Part shown: one piece after another, positions 61,301 through 64,000 of the stretch
Position numbering within the stretch: the first letter of the stretch is position 1
Layout of the letters: the number at the start of each line of letters is the position of its first letter
Assembly (NCBI GenBank): GCA_965637545.1
Contig: OZ281498.1
Span: 27,528,001-27,592,000, forward strand
DNA from: Phallusia mammillata
Taxonomy: Eukaryota
Length of the DNA: 64,000 nt
Direction of reading: 5' to 3'
The notes under the pieces: generated by a model
Databases searched by the model: none
What the model was told of the DNA's origin: nothing
Seen by the model: only the letters and a program-made list of their open reading frames with translations
Position numbers and translations under genes: made by a program

Positions 61301-63875
61301 CCAACGTTTTTTTCAATATTAGAACACAAATATACAGGATTTAAGAAATTGTGGAATTTTGTTGCGTCAGCACGATGTACACTTCCTTTTTATCAGGAAA
61401 TAAAGTTCCATGGAAGGCTTTTGCGTGAAGTCGCAAGTCGCCAAATCCTCTAAACCTAATCCGGACGATGACGGGCCATGATCAACACAATTTGAAAAAA
61501 ACAGCTGCGGGCCACTTGAAATGCCGCCGCGGGCCGCATTTGGACACCCCTGTCCTAAATCAACCATGCCCATATGGCAAGGCGTATACCAGGGCTTCTC
61601 AAACTGTAGGTTGCAACCCAAATTGGAGTCGTGAAGTGTAATTGGGTTCGCGAAACATCATGCGTTATTATGTCATTGTCACAATATATGGTATTTATTG
61701 GTTAAACATCATTCACATGTATAGGCTACACCCATCAAGGGGCACATAGAAATTTCTTTTCTAAAATGGGGTCGCAGAGCAAGAAAGTTTGAGGAGCCCT
61801 GGCGTCGACAATGTAAAAATCTAGCCTGCAGTGGGATTCAAACCCACAACAGAGTCTTTTCAGGACTCGCGCTACACCAACTTAACTATGTAGGCTCTGT
61901 TGTGAACCTTTGAAAGTAAAGTCACAATCACTGACATGTTTTATTGCTTGTGCAGCTGGAAAGTCAGAAGTTTTTGTCGGAAAACAGCGCTTCAGTTTAC
62001 ATTAAGAAGGTGGAGGCAAGAATTGAAGAGGAGGCGGAGAGAGCTCGACATTATCTCGACCCTTCCACGGAACCAGAAATTATCAAAGGTAAATCATGTG
62101 ATACATTTAACTCAAACACACAATATTGACTTCTGGAAATTCTTACAAAAATAGTATTATCAATATAGTTTGCTCTTAGATGCATTGGTAAGCAAGATTG
62201 TTTCACTTTTTCCATCTTTCTTTCGTATTACAAAAAACAGACATACATTGAATTCAACACCCATTGCAGTATTATGTGCTGAAATGATTGTAAACTATCA
62301 TTTAAAAAGATGTAAGCAGTGGTGGGATTCAGACGGCTTGCACAGGTTCTATAGAACCGTCTCACTAAATTTTATGTGACCCGGTTAGCATTACTGATTA
62401 GTGATTACTGTCATTGGACTTTTTGTAACAAAACCCGCTGAAAAATATGATTTTTGTGATAAAACCGACTGACAAAAAATTTGAATCCCACCACTGGATA
62501 TAAGGATTGTACAAATTCTTTTTTACTTAAGTATGTTGGCTGGTTTGTGATGTGCATGATAGTGCCAGTCAGATACATTGTTTTCATGTTTAGTTTTGGA
62601 GTATGAGCTTATCGAGCGTCACATGAAAATAATTGTTGAAATGGAAAACTCTGGAGCCGTTCACATGTTGAGGCATGACAAGAAAGATGGTGGGTTGAAA
62701 CTGTTTCTGTTGTGACAAATTTAACATTGCTTTTATTGATTTAACTGAATGCCAAAACTCTATGTAATAAATTGTGGTGGTTTACTGTCCAAATTCATAA
62801 AGATTAAAATTAAATCACATATGTGGGTTAACCATGCAGTTGTCTATGCCAATGTTTTAGGAAACTTTCATAGACTCAAATAAGTCCATAAAAAGTCTGA
62901 AACACAGACGTCTTTTGTGTACAAATTCCCTCAAACTTAAAACTGTTTTTATTCCGCAGTATTTTCACAGTTAGGTACACAATTCACGGTTTAAAAAATT
63001 CTAACGAGAAACAAACAAGCCACTAAATTTGTAGAAAACATAACACTATGACAATCAGCTTTTGTCATTCTCAAATGATTTCAATGAATATTACATAGCA
63101 TTTTCACAGTTGTTAAATAAAGACAAAATAATTCAAGACCAAAAGTAGTTTAGAAACACTGGTTCATGACCAAACCTTACCAACTTACTAATGTTTCGAT
63201 TCTTTTCAGACTTGCTGTGCATGTACAAGCTGTTTGCGAGGGTCAACCAGGGGTTGGTGACGCTCCGTGATTGTGTCAGTCGGTATTTGAGGGAACAGGG
63301 AAAGAGTTTGGTGGAGGACTGTGGACAAAAACCTGCTGTTGAATATATACAGGTAAACACGAGCTGGAATTACCTGTAATGTTGCACTCTGGGTTCAGAC
63401 TTTGTTACAACAGTAACTTGAAACATGCCGTGTTTTTAGTGTGAATTAGAATTATGCTAAGTACGGAACATCAATTTGTGTTGTGTTTTTATACAATGTG
63501 AAAAAGGTAAAACTCTTAGTTATGTAATCTTCTTGGTAAATGCTAATTTGTTTCCATTCAAAAAGGTTCTTCTGAAAAAATTATTTAAATCTTAATTAAG
63601 ATTAAACTGCTTTTAGTTTTTCAAGTTGAAATATTTAAATCACAGTTTATAACCAATTTTTGTTCGGACATCAGTAACTTTGTATTCTGACCTTCCAGAA
63701 TCTGCTTGATCTCAAAGACAGAGTTGATAGTTTCTATCACATTTCATTCAAATCCGACCCTTTGTTCAAGAAAATGATTTGTTCCGATTTCGAGTGGTTC
63801 GTTAATCTTAATCCAAAGTCACCAGAATTTCTTTCATTGTTCATTGACGACAAGTTAAAGAAAGGAATCAAGACA
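58342..63875 (+). CDS. CUL3: Cullin-3, N-terminal part (continues beyond right edge)
   Basis: Exons 58342(or 58307)-58362, 59256-59453, 59856-59969, 60435-60595, 61059-61173, 61956-62088, 62594-62689, 63210-63352, 63699-63875. MRIRAFP|[69 protein letters not shown]. Confidence 0.97.
61240..61552. mobile_element. hAT/Charlie-type MITE inserted in the SINE
   Basis: TIRs CAGGAGTGTCCAAA / TTTGGACACCCCTG; perfect TSD TCCTAAAT. Confidence 0.92.
61590..61801. mobile_element. hAT-type MITE inserted in the SINE
   Basis: TIRs CAGGGCTTCTCAAAC / GTTTGAGGAGCCCTG; flanks GCGTATAC / GCGTCGAC. Confidence 0.85.
62317..62496. mobile_element. hAT-type MITE, CAGTGGTGGGATTC family
   Basis: Both TIRs; TSD GATGTAAG / GATATAAG. 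Confidence 0.93.
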
Positions 63876-64000
63876 GTGAGTAGATGGGTTGATGTAATTT
63901 AAAGCGGGGTTCTGACCAATTCAACACTATTTATGTGTTTTTCTGTCAACGTTCAGTTACAAATGTTAGTTCTTTTTATGATTCTCATGACATTTCATAC

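Larger units (their letters stand above)
61205..61885 (-). mobile_element. tRNA-derived SINE interrupted by two MITEs
   Basis: SINE body pieces at 61205-61239, 61553-61589 and 61802-61885 are colinear with the uninterrupted copies. Confidence 0.8.

Overview
AT-rich, compact, intron-containing animal genomic DNA. An ascidian (tunicate) origin is inferred from minimal introns of 57-62 nt and a Ciona-type SINE core; the species cannot be determined. All gene models were spliced by hand, use GT-AG introns, and were checked for phase. Left to right: ANAPC4 (-, runs off the left edge), an SGLT/SMIT-type SLC5 transporter (-), IFRD1 (+), an SRSF4/5/6-family SR protein (-), GTF2F1 (+), RFT1 (+) with a single-exon ADAT3 nested on the SAME strand in its first intron, three tandem paralogous SEA-like/EGF-like/TM type I membrane protein genes (-) with strongly diverged cytoplasmic tails, and CUL3 (+, runs off the right edge). 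Introns contain many non-autonomous hAT-type MITEs (8-bp TSDs visible), tRNA-derived SINEs and a satellite-bearing element. Main points of interest: (1) the ADAT3-in-RFT1 same-strand nesting in an operon-like GTF2F1-RFT1 block; (2) the three-gene receptor cluster, one member with an SR-protein-like RS tail and the others with tyrosine-motif tails; (3) a poison exon in the SR gene; (4) stop/start-overlapping uORFs at IFRD1 and CUL3, the latter possibly a 1-nt assembly deletion. No database searches were run; family assignments are from recalled sequence knowledge.
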